Source: an uncultured bacterium (GTDB lineage: Bacteria > Patescibacteriota > Dojkabacteria > J137). Taken from it: a DNA stretch of 64,000 nt. The notes under the pieces are model-generated. The model was not told the DNA's origin. It was given only the letters and a program-made list of their open reading frames with translations, and did no database searches. Positions 27,098 through 38,200 of this stretch are shown here, piece after piece. A program made the position numbers and the translations under genes. The DNA lies in the NCBI GenBank assembly GCA_963700155.1, contig OY969472.1, forward strand, positions 808,690 through 872,689, given 5' to 3'. Each line of letters begins with the position of its first letter. Within the stretch, counting starts at the first letter, position 1.

Positions 27098-27970
27098 TTA
27101 ATTATAAAATACAAAACTTTGATGTGGTCTGTAAGGTAAAAATTCTTTTGGTACAGTTCTCTTTGTCATTTTATCAGCTCCGGGGCGGATGTATCTATCT
27201 AAAACAAAATTTTTCAAATTAGTACTAAAGAAGATAAATCCGCCCCTTCTGAGCAGATTATCCTGCAGCTCTTTTATTAGTGTTGCATGATCTTCTTGAA
27301 CATTAAAATGTGAATCTTTATTCCGTGAGAATGTAGGCGGGTCAAAAACAATTATGTCGTATTGTTCATTAGTTTCTTTTGCAATTTTAATAAATTCAAA
27401 TACATCTTCTTTCCAAATCAAATTTGAACTTTCAGGATTTGAATGATTGTAGTTTGCTGTCATTCCATTAGCTTCAAAGTTTCTTTTTGTCCATTCACAA
27501 TAGGTGTTAGACAAGTCAACCGTTGTAGTTGTTTTTGACCCGCCTTTGGCTGCATAAACACTGAATGATCCTGTATATGCAAATAAATTCAATACATCTT
27601 TTCCTTTGCACTCTTCTTTTATTAATTCTCTGGATGGTCGATGGTCTAAGAATAATCCAACATCTAATCTTTCTTTAAGTTTTACAATGAACTTTAAATC
27701 ATTTTCTACAACTTCGATTTCATCAGGTGCTTCTTTTCCAGCGACTAACTCTGTTAAAATTTCAGTCTTTTTTGGATCGTTTATATATCTTTTTTTAAGA
27801 TAAATTCCAGTGAGTTTATATTTTTTTAATAATTCTTTTGCTAATTTTTTTATATCTTTTCCTAAATCTTGGTATTCTTGAAGCACTGCAAAATCAGCAT
27901 ATTTATCTAAAGCCCATTCAAGTTCTGTTTCAGATATTACTTTTTGTTCTAATCTAAATGTGTTTGTCAT
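27098..27970 (-). CDS. class I SAM-dependent methyltransferase (RlmI/RlmK-like rRNA MTase fold)
   Basis: SAM motif VLNLFAYTGSFSVYAAKGG and …DIIVFDPPTFSR… (DPP[TF] catalytic motif). Confidence 0.55.
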   Translation of the reverse strand: MTNTFRLEQKVISETELEWALDKYADFAVLQEYQDLGKDIKKLAKELLKKYKLTGIYLKKRYINDPKKTEILTELVAGKEAPDEIEVVENDLKFIVKLKERLDVGLFLDHRPSRELIKEECKGKDVLNLFAYTGSFSVYAAKGGSKTTTTVDLSNTYCEWTKRNFEANGMTANYNHSNPESSNLIWKEDVFEFIKIAKETNEQYDIIVFDPPTFSRNKDSHFNVQEDHATLIKELQDNLLRRGGFIFFSTNLKNFVLDRYIRPGADKMTKRTVPKEFLPYRPHQSFVFYN

Positions 27971-29352
27971 GAGTATTTTTTATATATTTTAGATTTTTTT
28001 ATTATATCTAATATCTCTTTTTCATCATATGAAGAATTAACCCAAATTATAGGTGGAATTTTAAAAAATTTCTTAGTGAAGTTTAGTAAAACTTCTGGTG
28101 AAAGTTTTTTTGCAGTTGATTTAGCTCTTTTATAATCAAACTTTATAAAACTATTATCCAATAAATCTATAGCTATATCTTCTGCATAATCTTCATCATG
28201 CTCATTATTTCTATGATATATGTAAAAACTAAGAATATTATCAAACCATCTTTTACCTTCAGCACTCTTTAGAAATTTCTCAAATTCAAACTCTATCATC
28301 TGATAAATTCCTTCTAAAACTTTACCTAAATTTGAAAAGCTAAGGTTAAGTGAAAATCCTCTATTTTTATTTTTAAAGACAGCTCTATCATTTATTGCAC
28401 TAATATCATATGTCAAACCTAAATCCTCTCTTATATAATCATATGATACTTTATTAATTAGATCTGTTAGAAAAATAAATAACCTATCTTTAATATATTC
28501 ATCATCTGTTTCTAATCTATCTTTTAATTCGTAGAAGTAATTAAAACTCATAAATATTTCTCGAGACTGTTCATTTTTAAATGTATAAATTCTAAAATCA
28601 GGCTTAAAACCTTTTCTTATTTTTGTTAGTTTTTTAGGAGGATTTGCTTTATTTAATGAAGAAGATAAGCTGGTTATTAAATCAATCTCTTCTTTATTTA
28701 ATTTTTTGGATGTTTGTATTGCAAGAACTGAAGTAACAGTGGTAAAAGTGCTATTGTAAAACTTAATAAGATCATTTGCAGTTATTTCTTTTATATCTTT
28801 GACTTCACCAATAATATCACGATCATATGGAGCAAATTCTTTCCCAAATATTTTTTTATCATATTGAAGTGCTGACCATTTTTCATCAATAGGCCTCCTA
28901 TTTTTCTCTTCAATAACAATATTTTTTTCTTTATCTATATATTTAGAGAAGTTTTCAAGAGGATAAAGTAATTGAGAAGTTAAATACTTTATCATTCTAA
29001 TTTTTGCATTCTCATGACCATGAGCATAAAGATACATAAATTCTCTTGTTGTATATGCATTTGATTCAAAAGAAGCTCTTTTTTTATTTCCCATCTGATA
29101 CTCTACAAATTCTTTTTTTGTTTTTAAAAATTTATTTGGATTCCCAAATGGAAGATGTTCTAGTAAATGTGCTGTTCCGAAAGGTACTCCTAATTGTTCC
29201 TCATAATAAGCACCTGCATTTACAACAAAAGAAATATCGAAATCAACTGTATTCTTATTTATTGATTCTACAACTCTAAGACCTTCTTCGGTTTGATAAA
29301 TATTTGTTTTTATTTTTGTTACTTGATCAAAGTAGCTATCTATTTTTTTCAT
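27967..29352 (-). CDS. M16 family (insulinase-like) zinc peptidase
   Basis: Inverted zinc motif HLLEHLPFG (HxxEH) in the N-terminal domain. 461 aa. Confidence 0.7.
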   Translation of the reverse strand: MKKIDSYFDQVTKIKTNIYQTEEGLRVVESINKNTVDFDISFVVNAGAYYEEQLGVPFGTAHLLEHLPFGNPNKFLKTKKEFVEYQMGNKKRASFESNAYTTREFMYLYAHGHENAKIRMIKYLTSQLLYPLENFSKYIDKEKNIVIEEKNRRPIDEKWSALQYDKKIFGKEFAPYDRDIIGEVKDIKEITANDLIKFYNSTFTTVTSVLAIQTSKKLNKEEIDLITSLSSSLNKANPPKKLTKIRKGFKPDFRIYTFKNEQSREIFMSFNYFYELKDRLETDDEYIKDRLFIFLTDLINKVSYDYIREDLGLTYDISAINDRAVFKNKNRGFSLNLSFSNLGKVLEGIYQMIEFEFEKFLKSAEGKRWFDNILSFYIYHRNNEHDEDYAEDIAIDLLDNSFIKFDYKRAKSTAKKLSPEVLLNFTKKFFKIPPIIWVNSSYDEKEILDIIKKSKIYKKYS

Positions 29353-29353
29353 A

Positions 29354-29860
29354 TCATGATTCTTCTGAAGGGTAAGGAATAATTGGATAATCTTTTAATA
29401 ATTCTGCAAATCTATTTGGTTTAGAAAGTATATCTTCAGCCATAAGTATGGCTTCTTTATCTGAGATTACTTTACCATAAATTTCTTTTTCAGAGACTAA
29501 TACTAATAAAGCCAATGCAAAATCCTCATTAGCTATATCTCTAACTGAGGTACCTATTGGTGCTCTCATCTCTAAAGCATTAGCTGCCTGTATTATCTCT
29601 TCATCAGAATTCAATCTTGTAAATCCGAACTCATGTAATATATAACTTATTCTTCTTTTTGAAGAAGGTTTAAGTTTATTTGATAAAGCTAAACTGCATA
29701 GATTAAAAATATCCGTATCGGAAATTTGCTTAAATGGCAAACTTCTTATGTAAGATTCTATATTATCTATGTTTTCTCTTTCTTCAGCTGGCTCACAACT
29801 ATTAATAGAATCCAATATTCTTTCCCAATTAAATTCTGATATTTTATCTAAATCACTCAT
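29354..29860 (-). CDS. hypothetical protein (168 aa)
   Basis: ORF with a 4-bp overlap with the uvrC stop. No motif. Confidence 0.4.
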   Translation of the reverse strand: MSDLDKISEFNWERILDSINSCEPAEERENIDNIESYIRSLPFKQISDTDIFNLCSLALSNKLKPSSKRRISYILHEFGFTRLNSDEEIIQAANALEMRAPIGTSVRDIANEDFALALLVLVSEKEIYGKVISDKEAILMAEDILSKPNRFAELLKDYPIIPYPSEES

Positions 29861-31380
29861 TTTTTCTTCTTAACTTCTAAATTTTTATCTTCAGTTTTTC
29901 CAAGCTCTCTTACCATTTGTTTTGATCTTAACTTTCTATGATAAGTTATTCCAAATCTGTGAGCCTCATCTCGAATTCTCTGCACTAAGTATAACGCTTC
30001 CGAACCTCTTGGCAAAAAGATTCTAGTAAATGTTTTCATTGATACATCTTGATAATCAGGATCGATGAATTGCTTTGTGAATTCAAAAATTTCTTCTTCT
30101 CTTTTTGCCAATCCTACAATTGGAATTGTATTGTGTAAATTAAAATTTCTAAGGATTTTGTAAGTTGAAGCAAGTTGGCCTTTTCCACCATCAATGATTA
30201 TTAAGTCAGGCATTTGGGAGAAAGATTCATCGAATTCGGGTTTTTGTTCTCCTTCAGATTCATCAGAAGTATTAAATCTTTTGACCAAATGCCTGAACCT
30301 TCGGCTTAAAACTTCCTGAAGCATTGCGAAATCATTTGGTTCATTTTTCATTCTGATTCTAAATCTTCTATATAAATCAGTTCTTAATTTACCGTTTATC
30401 ATAACTGTCATTGCACCAACTGCATTAGTTCCTTGAATATTACTTATGTCATAACATTCAATTCTAAATTCAGGATGGTATTTAATATGTTCAGCTGGAA
30501 ATTTTAAATGTTCTATAAGATTTTTTACGGCATTTTCTCTCTCTTCTTCTTTCAATAATGAAACTACAACATCATCTACATTATTATCTATCGAGACACT
30601 TCTGGTCACATATTTAATATCGTTAATTTTATCTCTTACTTCAGCTGCACTCTCATAATCCTGATTTTTTGAATAAATTCCCATCTCTTTTTCTAATTCA
30701 TGAAGGATATCAACCTTTTCGCCTTTGAAAAATTTTTTAATATTATTAAAGTTTTTCATGTAATCTTTTTTTGATTCAAGACTTGCACAAGGTGCATTGC
30801 AAAGCCCTAAATGGTAATAAAGACAAGGAACTGAATTATTAGTGTCAACTTCCAAAGGAGTTTCTGAAACTTCGACTAATCTTCTATTACAACTCACATA
30901 AGGGAAAATTTTTCGAATTCGTTTAAGGATATTCTTGAGTGGAAGGGTGTTCGGGTAGGGCCCGAAGTATTCTGCTTTTGGATCATCCTTACTTCTGACA
31001 ATTCTTATTCTTGGGAAATCCCGAACACCTTTTATTGGTTTTTCAAATTTTACCCAGCTATAATTCTTGTCATCAGTCATTAATGAGTTATATTTCGGTC
31101 GATATTTTTTTATTAAATTTGTTTCTAGAATTAATGCTTCAACTTCAGAATCAACAGTGTAGTATTGAATATCTACGGCTTGATCAATCATGTTCTGGAT
31201 CTTTATATCCAGTTTTTTGTAATTAATAAAATAACTTTTTACTCGATTTCTTAATATTTTTGCTTTTCCAATATAAAGAATTTTATCTTTAGAATTCTTA
31301 TACAAATAACACCCCGGTTCTTTAGGGGCATTGTTAACTTTGTCTTGAAATTGTTGAGATTTTGTTTCTAGAATATTCAT
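29857..31380 (-). CDS. uvrC: excinuclease ABC subunit C (UvrC); probable start at reverse-strand ATG 31378-31380 rather than track start 31494
   Basis: GIY-YIG motif (…EPGCYLYKNSKDKILYIGKAKILRNRV…), UvrBC-interaction and RNase H-like/HhH regions. The upstream 38 codons of the track ORF are hydrophobic and non-UvrC-like. Confidence 0.8.
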   Translation of the reverse strand: MNILETKSQQFQDKVNNAPKEPGCYLYKNSKDKILYIGKAKILRNRVKSYFINYKKLDIKIQNMIDQAVDIQYYTVDSEVEALILETNLIKKYRPKYNSLMTDDKNYSWVKFEKPIKGVRDFPRIRIVRSKDDPKAEYFGPYPNTLPLKNILKRIRKIFPYVSCNRRLVEVSETPLEVDTNNSVPCLYYHLGLCNAPCASLESKKDYMKNFNNIKKFFKGEKVDILHELEKEMGIYSKNQDYESAAEVRDKINDIKYVTRSVSIDNNVDDVVVSLLKEEERENAVKNLIEHLKFPAEHIKYHPEFRIECYDISNIQGTNAVGAMTVMINGKLRTDLYRRFRIRMKNEPNDFAMLQEVLSRRFRHLVKRFNTSDESEGEQKPEFDESFSQMPDLIIIDGGKGQLASTYKILRNFNLHNTIPIVGLAKREEEIFEFTKQFIDPDYQDVSMKTFTRIFLPRGSEALYLVQRIRDEAHRFGITYHRKLRSKQMVRELGKTEDKNLEVKKKK

Positions 31381-31533
31381 TAGGATAATTATATCAGTTC
31401 TGGTTATATAGTCTATTTTTATTGTTAAATTGGGGGATAGATTGATATAATTATATATTGGGTATTGATATATCCATCCTAATGATGGAAACATCTTAGG
31501 GCTTTTTGAAAATCCATAGAACTAAGGAGAAGT

Positions 31534-32103
31534 GTGATGAAAAGGTCAAGATCTGTGTTAGGGTTTCTTCTGATCTGCGTTTCGGTGATGTTCCTGGTCA
31601 CTACATACAATTTTGACCAGGTAGTGAATCCGGAGCCGACGTGCGATATAATATCTCACGCCGGGATAATTTACGATGGCATGGGAAATTTGGAAGGGTA
31701 CGCTGTAGAATTGTACGGCGGACCATGTGCATTGTCATTCAAGCAGAATGAATCCAGGCTATACTATGTGTTTACAGGCGATGAAGACATCGTTAGCATA
31801 GCAGATCGAGGTGATCATATTGAGAATACCCTTCTTCCTGCATGGGGACAGTGGGCGTTTACCTATCCAGCGACTTTTAAAGTCAATGATAGGGAATCAG
31901 TAATACCGACAATGATATACATAATTTATGCAGATAGGAGCGAAGAAGCTCTAAGCAGATTCTGCAATATTATTACCTTTCACTCCCCTATCTGCCCGCC
32001 ACCTGCCCCGCTTGATTCTCAATCGGGACAATCAACAACGTTCTATGGAGAAGGGACCGCGCTTCGCGCGGTCCCCAAATCCAAAATAAAATTTAACTTG
32101 TAA
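31534..32103 (+). CDS. GC-rich (≈45% vs ≈30% flanks) secreted/membrane-anchored hypothetical protein; likely horizontally acquired
   Basis: Strong SD AAGGAGA at 31524-30. GTG/ATG start. N-terminal signal-anchor MMKRSRSVLGFLLICVSVMFLV. Codon composition is visibly richer in G/C than neighbouring genes. Confidence 0.55.
   Translation: MMKRSRSVLGFLLICVSVMFLVTTYNFDQVVNPEPTCDIISHAGIIYDGMGNLEGYAVELYGGPCALSFKQNESRLYYVFTGDEDIVSIADRGDHIENTLLPAWGQWAFTYPATFKVNDRESVIPTMIYIIYADRSEEALSRFCNIITFHSPICPPPAPLDSQSGQSTTFYGEGTALRAVPKSKIKFNL
32053..32075. repeat. GC palindrome gggaccgcgc-ttc-gcgcggtccc (10-bp arms) inside the 3' end of the GC-rich gene; contains the GCGAAGC-type mini-hairpin core (as CGCTTCGCG)
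   Basis: Read directly. 10-bp perfect arms with a 3-nt loop. Highly unusual in an AT-rich context. Confidence 0.8.
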
Positions 32104-32154
32104 TATTATTTTAAAAACTTTATTATTTTTTTGGCCTAATTTTTAAAAAATATT

Positions 32155-32457
32155 ATGGTCGACTATAATAGTTTCCAAGACACACTAGATCAAGGAGCTC
32201 CACTTCCTTTCACTCCCCCACTTTCCCATCAAGAACAATTAATAAAAAATGCAAAAGAATTTCCTTCACAGCTTTTATTAAATCTTTCTGGTATGTCAGT
32301 TGGAGCTTTATATAATTCAAGTAATTGTAAGTTGTTAAAAGCTTTAGAATGCAAAATTGATATGAATAATATCCAGATGAGTAAATCTATACCAGAATTT
32401 GCACATATCATAGAACTTATTAAAGCTTTAAAATGTTGCCCAGATTGTGAAAGTTAA
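32155..32457 (+). CDS. hypothetical small protein (100 aa), Cys pairs near C-terminus (CCPDCES)
   Basis: ORF track only. Confidence 0.35.
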   Translation: MVDYNSFQDTLDQGAPLPFTPPLSHQEQLIKNAKEFPSQLLLNLSGMSVGALYNSSNCKLLKALECKIDMNNIQMSKSIPEFAHIIELIKALKCCPDCES

Positions 32458-32520
32458 TATACTTCAATTCCTAGCGTCAATTCTTTAAACATAGTAAAAT
32501 ATCTGCATATTTAATCAATA

Positions 32521-33648
32521 TTGTTTATGGAACTGTTAAATTTTATTACTTCAGTTATTCTTCTTTCTGGAATAATCAGCTTTGTAATAGCTTTCCCAAT
32601 AATAGCCTTACTTTATAAATTAAATATTACTAGGCGGATGACTGTTGATTTTAGTGCTACTTTAATTGAAAAAAGGAATTTAAAAGTTGGTGTGCCTATC
32701 ATGGGAGGATTAATTTTAGTAATAACAATTTTTATTTTAAATTTAGTATTTAATCAAAACATTGGAATTTATCTTGTCTTACTTATATTTTTAATTTCTG
32801 CGATTTTAGGTGGAGTTGATGATGTTTTAAATATTTATGGTTCTGAAAGAGAGAAACCAAGATCTATAGGTAGAACGTTAAGATTAATAAGAGTTCATAA
32901 GAATTTAAGGAAAAGAGTGTTTCTAATAATTACTTTACCTTGGGAAGTATACAAAGGGTTCTTTTATATTTTAGGATCAAATCCAGGTAAGGGAATTCAA
33001 GCACATGAGAAAATATTAGTTCAATCAATTGTAGGAATTCTTTTAGGGTTTGGATTATATTCATTTACTCCCCTATCAAATCCGGAAGTATTACATATCC
33101 CAATATTTAATTCATATATTAATCTAGGAATTTTAATAATTCCATTTGCATGGATTACAGTTTTATTAATGTCCAATGCAGTAAATTTTGCTGACGGTAT
33201 GGACGGACTTTCTTCAAATGAATTATTATTTTCATTTGCAGGATTTTTAATCATTGCTATTTTAAAACAAGATATGAGTGTAATATTTTTAATTGCAACT
33301 GCAATTGGAGCTTTGGTTTCGTATATATATTTTAATATTCCTCCTGCAAGATTTCAAATGGGGGATGTTGGATCACTTGCGATGGGAACACTTTTAGCAT
33401 CAGTTGCGTTCTTACTAGACGAACCTTTAATGCTCTTGTTTATTTCATTCCCATTTGTCATTACTCTACTTTCAACAGTTATTCAAGGATTAGGAAGAAG
33501 GATTCTGGGAAGGCGAATCTTTGCAATGGCACCAATTCATTATCACTTTCAAATTAAATATGGCTGGAGCGAAGAAAAAGTTGTTATGAGATTCGCCTTG
33601 TTTAGTATTATGTGTGCGATAATCGGATTGTTTATCTTTACCTTATAA
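32521..33648 (+). CDS. mraY: phospho-N-acetylmuramoyl-pentapeptide transferase / GT4 family (MraY/WecA-like)
   Basis: Ten-ish TM helices. Motifs LGGVDDVLNI (GxxDD) and NAVNFADGMDGLS (NxxNxxDGxDGL), diagnostic of the MraY/WecA PNPT family. Confidence 0.65.
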   Translation: MFMELLNFITSVILLSGIISFVIAFPIIALLYKLNITRRMTVDFSATLIEKRNLKVGVPIMGGLILVITIFILNLVFNQNIGIYLVLLIFLISAILGGVDDVLNIYGSEREKPRSIGRTLRLIRVHKNLRKRVFLIITLPWEVYKGFFYILGSNPGKGIQAHEKILVQSIVGILLGFGLYSFTPLSNPEVLHIPIFNSYINLGILIIPFAWITVLLMSNAVNFADGMDGLSSNELLFSFAGFLIIAILKQDMSVIFLIATAIGALVSYIYFNIPPARFQMGDVGSLAMGTLLASVAFLLDEPLMLLFISFPFVITLLSTVIQGLGRRILGRRIFAMAPIHYHFQIKYGWSEEKVVMRFALFSIMCAIIGLFIFTL

Positions 33649-33653
33649 AATTT

Positions 33654-34760
33654 ATGCCTCAAAAAGTTATTATCTCTTACAGAACTATTCTGCTGGTAAT
33701 TTTTACGATTATCGCATTTTGGTTGTCTTATGAACTGAGAGCAATAATTCTTATATTATTTCTTGCTTATATTGTAAATGCTGGGCTCAGACCAATTGTA
33801 GAATTTCTTACTAAAAAATTTAGATTTAAGAGAGGTATAGCTATAACTATAACTTATCTTCTTATATTTTTAGGTGTTGGACTTATTATTTCAGTAATAA
33901 TAAGTGCTGCAGTTGATCAAATAAGTGAATTTATAACTACATTAACCACTAGAGTTAGCAATTTAAATCATTTCATTGAACAGGTCCCAATTTTAGGACG
34001 ATATATCAATACAACTGATTTAGTAAAAGCTATTAACGATTCTAATCTATTAAACTTTAGTCCTGAAAAAATTTATGATTTAATTTTAGGTGCAGTAAAT
34101 ACTATAGGGTTTCAAGGGTTGAATATTCTTGGAGGTGTTATTAGTTTTATATTCAATGTAGTACTAATAATAATAATTTCAGTTTATATGATTCAAAGCA
34201 AAAAGAATATTTATCATGGGGTTTTAGAATTAATACCTGATAAATATGCTAAGAGGCTTGATCCGGTTTTAACTAAAATCGAAAGTAGTTTGGGTTCTTG
34301 GCTTCTTGGGCAGACTATTTTGATGTTTGCGATCGGGATTGCCTCTTATATTGCTTTACAGATTCCAAGATTTTTTGATGGAGATTACCAAACTTTTAAG
34401 TTTGCATTGGTAATATCGATAATGGCAGCAATCTTTGAGGCAATCCCGAACATAGGACCATTATTAACTCTAATTTTAGCTACGGTTATCGCTATATTTA
34501 GCGGAGCAGGTATTCCAATAATCATTTATATAATAATTTCTTTTACAGTAATACAACAACTAGAAGGTTTGTATCTTGTCCCAAGAATAATGAACAGGGC
34601 GATTGATTTAAATCCAATTATTACGATTGCAGGAGTCACTGCAGGTTTTGAACTTGGGGGGCCTGTTGGTGCTTTAATTGCAGTTCCATTCCTTGGAGTA
34701 GCTCAGATTGTTGTGAAGGAGTTGAGCTACGAATGGAAAAAAAATGCTGAGAAGAGTTAA
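33654..34760 (+). CDS. AI-2E family transporter (PerM-like permease)
   Basis: Probable ATG at 33654, after the mraY stop at 33648. 8 TM helices. C-terminal GxxxG-rich region typical of AI-2E/UPF0118. Confidence 0.6.
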   Translation: MPQKVIISYRTILLVIFTIIAFWLSYELRAIILILFLAYIVNAGLRPIVEFLTKKFRFKRGIAITITYLLIFLGVGLIISVIISAAVDQISEFITTLTTRVSNLNHFIEQVPILGRYINTTDLVKAINDSNLLNFSPEKIYDLILGAVNTIGFQGLNILGGVISFIFNVVLIIIISVYMIQSKKNIYHGVLELIPDKYAKRLDPVLTKIESSLGSWLLGQTILMFAIGIASYIALQIPRFFDGDYQTFKFALVISIMAAIFEAIPNIGPLLTLILATVIAIFSGAGIPIIIYIIISFTVIQQLEGLYLVPRIMNRAIDLNPIITIAGVTAGFELGGPVGALIAVPFLGVAQIVVKELSYEWKKNAEKS

Positions 34761-35131
34761 GATTCAGCGTATCTTCGGTCAATCATTTGTTTTAGACCTC
34801 TTAGAAGTTTGTTAGCTTTTTCTTTACCTAAAGTTGATATCAACTGTAAATAAAATTTGTTTCTCTGCTCTACGCTCATTATTACAACTTCTCCTGTACC
34901 TTTGGCATAATTAGTCAAAGCAACATAGGTTTCGTATAACTCTGGCGCTGTTTGAGAAAGTTGAGTTTCGATTCCCATCAGGTTCGTTCTATTCCAGGCA
35001 TTTTCTGGAATTCCTGAATTTTGTGGAATCCTAATTGAAGGGTTGGTCTCCTCTCTCGTTTCTGTAGAATCCTTAGCGAAATCTTCGTGAAAAAACTTTC
35101 TAACCATATATAAAAATAAAAAGTAAAACAT
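34757..35131 (-). CDS. hypothetical protein (124 aa)
   Basis: ORF track. Convergent 4-bp overlap with the AI-2E gene. Confidence 0.35.
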   Translation of the reverse strand: MFYFLFLYMVRKFFHEDFAKDSTETREETNPSIRIPQNSGIPENAWNRTNLMGIETQLSQTAPELYETYVALTNYAKGTGEVVIMSVEQRNKFYLQLISTLGKEKANKLLRGLKQMIDRRYAES

Positions 35132-35217
35132 GAAATTGTAAACTTTTTCATCAAAAATTGGAAACAGAAATTTTATATTTTTATTTCTAAAAAGGAGAAT
35201 TATAGATTCTTGAGAAC

Positions 35218-35244
35218 CAGGGATTTCGCGAAGCGAAATCCCTG
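35218..35244 (-). terminator. stem-loop cagggatttcgc-GAA-gcgaaatccctg (12-bp stem) downstream of nrdJ; candidate terminator/attenuator
   Basis: Perfect 12-bp inverted repeat with a GAA loop (GCGAAGC core), 19 nt after the nrdJ stop on the - strand. The T-tract is weak. Confidence 0.4.
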
Positions 35245-35262
35245 ATTAATTATTGTTTATTC

Positions 35263-38200
35263 TTAACTACATCCGGTTGTTGTCCCACAGTCAGTACAAA
35301 CTAAACATGACCCATTCCTCTTCATATTCATACCTCCGCAGTTTGAGCACATATCACCTGTAAACCCCATAGATCGAGCTTTCTTAATTTTTTCGGTCAT
35401 AGGATCTTTGTTTGCCTCTAATGTATCTTGAACAGGAGTTACTGCGGCAGCATCTAATTTCATTTGAGCAGGTTCAATTGCATCTGGAGTTGGTTCTGGT
35501 GTATCATCATATCTTACACTTGTAGCAGATGCTACTGTAGAATACGAAACATTACCTATAAGTCCATTCTCGGCTTCTATATCAATATATTTTGTTGTTT
35601 TTATTTCAGTATGTCCCTTACCATTTATATGTGGTATCAATACCCTGTAATTATTTCCTCCAGGCATATAGGATTTTTCAACAAGTTCTTCGTTATGATA
35701 TAGTTTTGCAGTTTCAGGTTCTAAGAATTTAACAGCAAGCCATCTGCCAATATAGTCCATAATAGATTTTGCCATTGGAATTTCTTTGTTTGTTGTCATT
35801 CCACTAGGGTCAAATCGCGCATTTGTTAATTTCCTTACGATAACTTCCAGTGGGACTCCAAATTGCAAATTTAGTGACAGTGAAATTGCAAATGAATCCA
35901 TAATACCATTTAAAAAACTACCTCCTGTACTCATATTTATAAATACTTCACCAGGAGTTCCATCTTCATATAAACCTACTGTAATATATCCTTCATGTCC
36001 TCCTACACTGAATTTATGGGTAATACTATGTCTTTCATCTGGAAGTCTTCTTCTTTTTGGGGCGGCAACCATTTGCTCCTTCATAATTACCTGTTGTACT
36101 TCTTTTTGGGTAACTGATTCTTCTACAACTTCTTCATCATCAAAGTTGAATAATTCTGCATAGGCTGAATTTTCTGATGCAGACGAATTTAAAGGTTGGC
36201 TTAATTTTGATCCATCTCTATATAATGCATTAGATTTAAGCATTAATTTCCAACCTTGTATATATGAATCTTCAATATCTTTTAATGTTGCTTCTTCAGG
36301 TAGATTTACTGTTTTACTTATAGATCCGGAAAGGAATGGTTGTGCTGCTGCCATTTGTTTTAAATGTCCCATAGTTTTTATATATCTCTGACCTTTTTTC
36401 CCACATTTATTAGCACAATCGAATACTTGGTAATGCTCTTCTTTTAAATAAGGAGCGCCTTCAATCATCATTGTGCCACATACATAATCTTCAGCTTCTT
36501 GTATTTCTCTATCTGTGAATCCTAAGCGTTTCAAAAGATTGAAGGCGCTATCATTCATTTCATCATCAGAAATTCCAATTTTTCTCAAAAAATCTTCTCC
36601 TAAAGTCCACTTACTAAAGACACTATTCAGGTCATAAATATTTGAAAGTCTTTCTTCCATAATCATTAGTTCTTTTTCAGTGAACCCTTTTTCTTTCAAG
36701 GATTCGAAATTTATATATGGTGCATCTTGAAGAGTTTGATGTCCTATAATATATTTCTCAATTTCCTCAATTTGTTTTGGACTATAACCTAAAACTTCTA
36801 ATCCAGGTCTAACTGATTGATTTACAATTTTGAAATATCCACCACCAACTAATTTTTTAAATTTGACTAAAGCAAAATCAGGCTCAACTCCAGTTGTATC
36901 AAAGTCCATTAATAATCCTATGGTTCCTGTTGGTGCGATTAAAGTTGTCTGAGCATTCCTGAAACCGAATTCTTTTCCAAGTTCTAAGGCATAATCCCAT
37001 GATTCCTTCGCAGATTTGCTTAAATATTCCGGAATAATATCTGAATTAATTCCCATAGGAGCTATTGAAAGTCCTTCATATTCTGACTCATCTGAGGCAT
37101 ATGTAGCTCTTCTATGGTTCCTTATAACTCTTAACATATCTTTTTTATTCGTTTCGTATCTGTCAAAAACTCCAACAACTTTTGCCATCTCTGCTGAAGT
37201 TGCATAAGATTCACCACCCATAATGGCTGTTATTGCACCTGTTATTGCATAACCTTCTTCACTTTCATAAGGAATTCCTTGTTGCATTAATAATGCTCCG
37301 ATATTTCCATAACCTAATCCTAAGGTTCTATACAAAAATGTTTTCTCTGCAACAGTTTTAGTAGGTAGATGAGCCATTAATATTGAGATTTCTAGAATAA
37401 TTGTCCATAATCTTGTGGCATGGATAAATTCTTCAGTTCTAAATTCTTTATTTTCCTGATCATAAAATTTAATTAAATTTAATGATGCAAGATTACATGC
37501 AGTGTCATCCAAGAACATATATTCAGAACAGGGATTACTTCCATTAATTTTCCCATCTTGTGGGCAAGTATGCCATTCATTGATTGTAGTATCATACTGC
37601 ACACCAGGATCAGCACTCTGCCAAGCTGCTTCAAGAACCTGTTTCCATAAATCCTTCGCTTTTAGTGTTTTAAAAACTTGTCCATCTGTTCTATTAATTA
37701 AATCCCAATTCTTATCTTTTTCCAAAGCATCAAAAAATTTATTTGATATTCTTACAGAATTATTCGAATTTTGCCCACCAACTGTTGTGTAAGCATCGGA
37801 TCTAAAATCTGTATCATATCTTTCCAAAGTAAATTCTTCGGACGATACTCCATTTTCAACAAGCATTAATGCTCTTTTTATATAATTTAAAGGAACATAA
37901 TCTTTGTTTGCTTCTTTTATTAGATTTTTTAATTCTGGATTTTTTCTTGGATCTATTCCATTAACTTCAGCTGATTTCATTATCTTTTTTAGATGCTCAT
38001 AATTTGTATGAGAACCTGCAACCAAGGCTGCAACTTTTTGCTCTTCAATTACTTTCCAATTAATAAACTTCTCAACTTCGGGATGATCCATATTTAAACA
38101 AACCATTTTTGCAGCTCTTCTTGTAGTCCCGCCTGATTTAATTGCTCCAGCAGCAGCATCAAATACTTTCAAAAAACTCATAAGTCCAGATGATTTTCCG

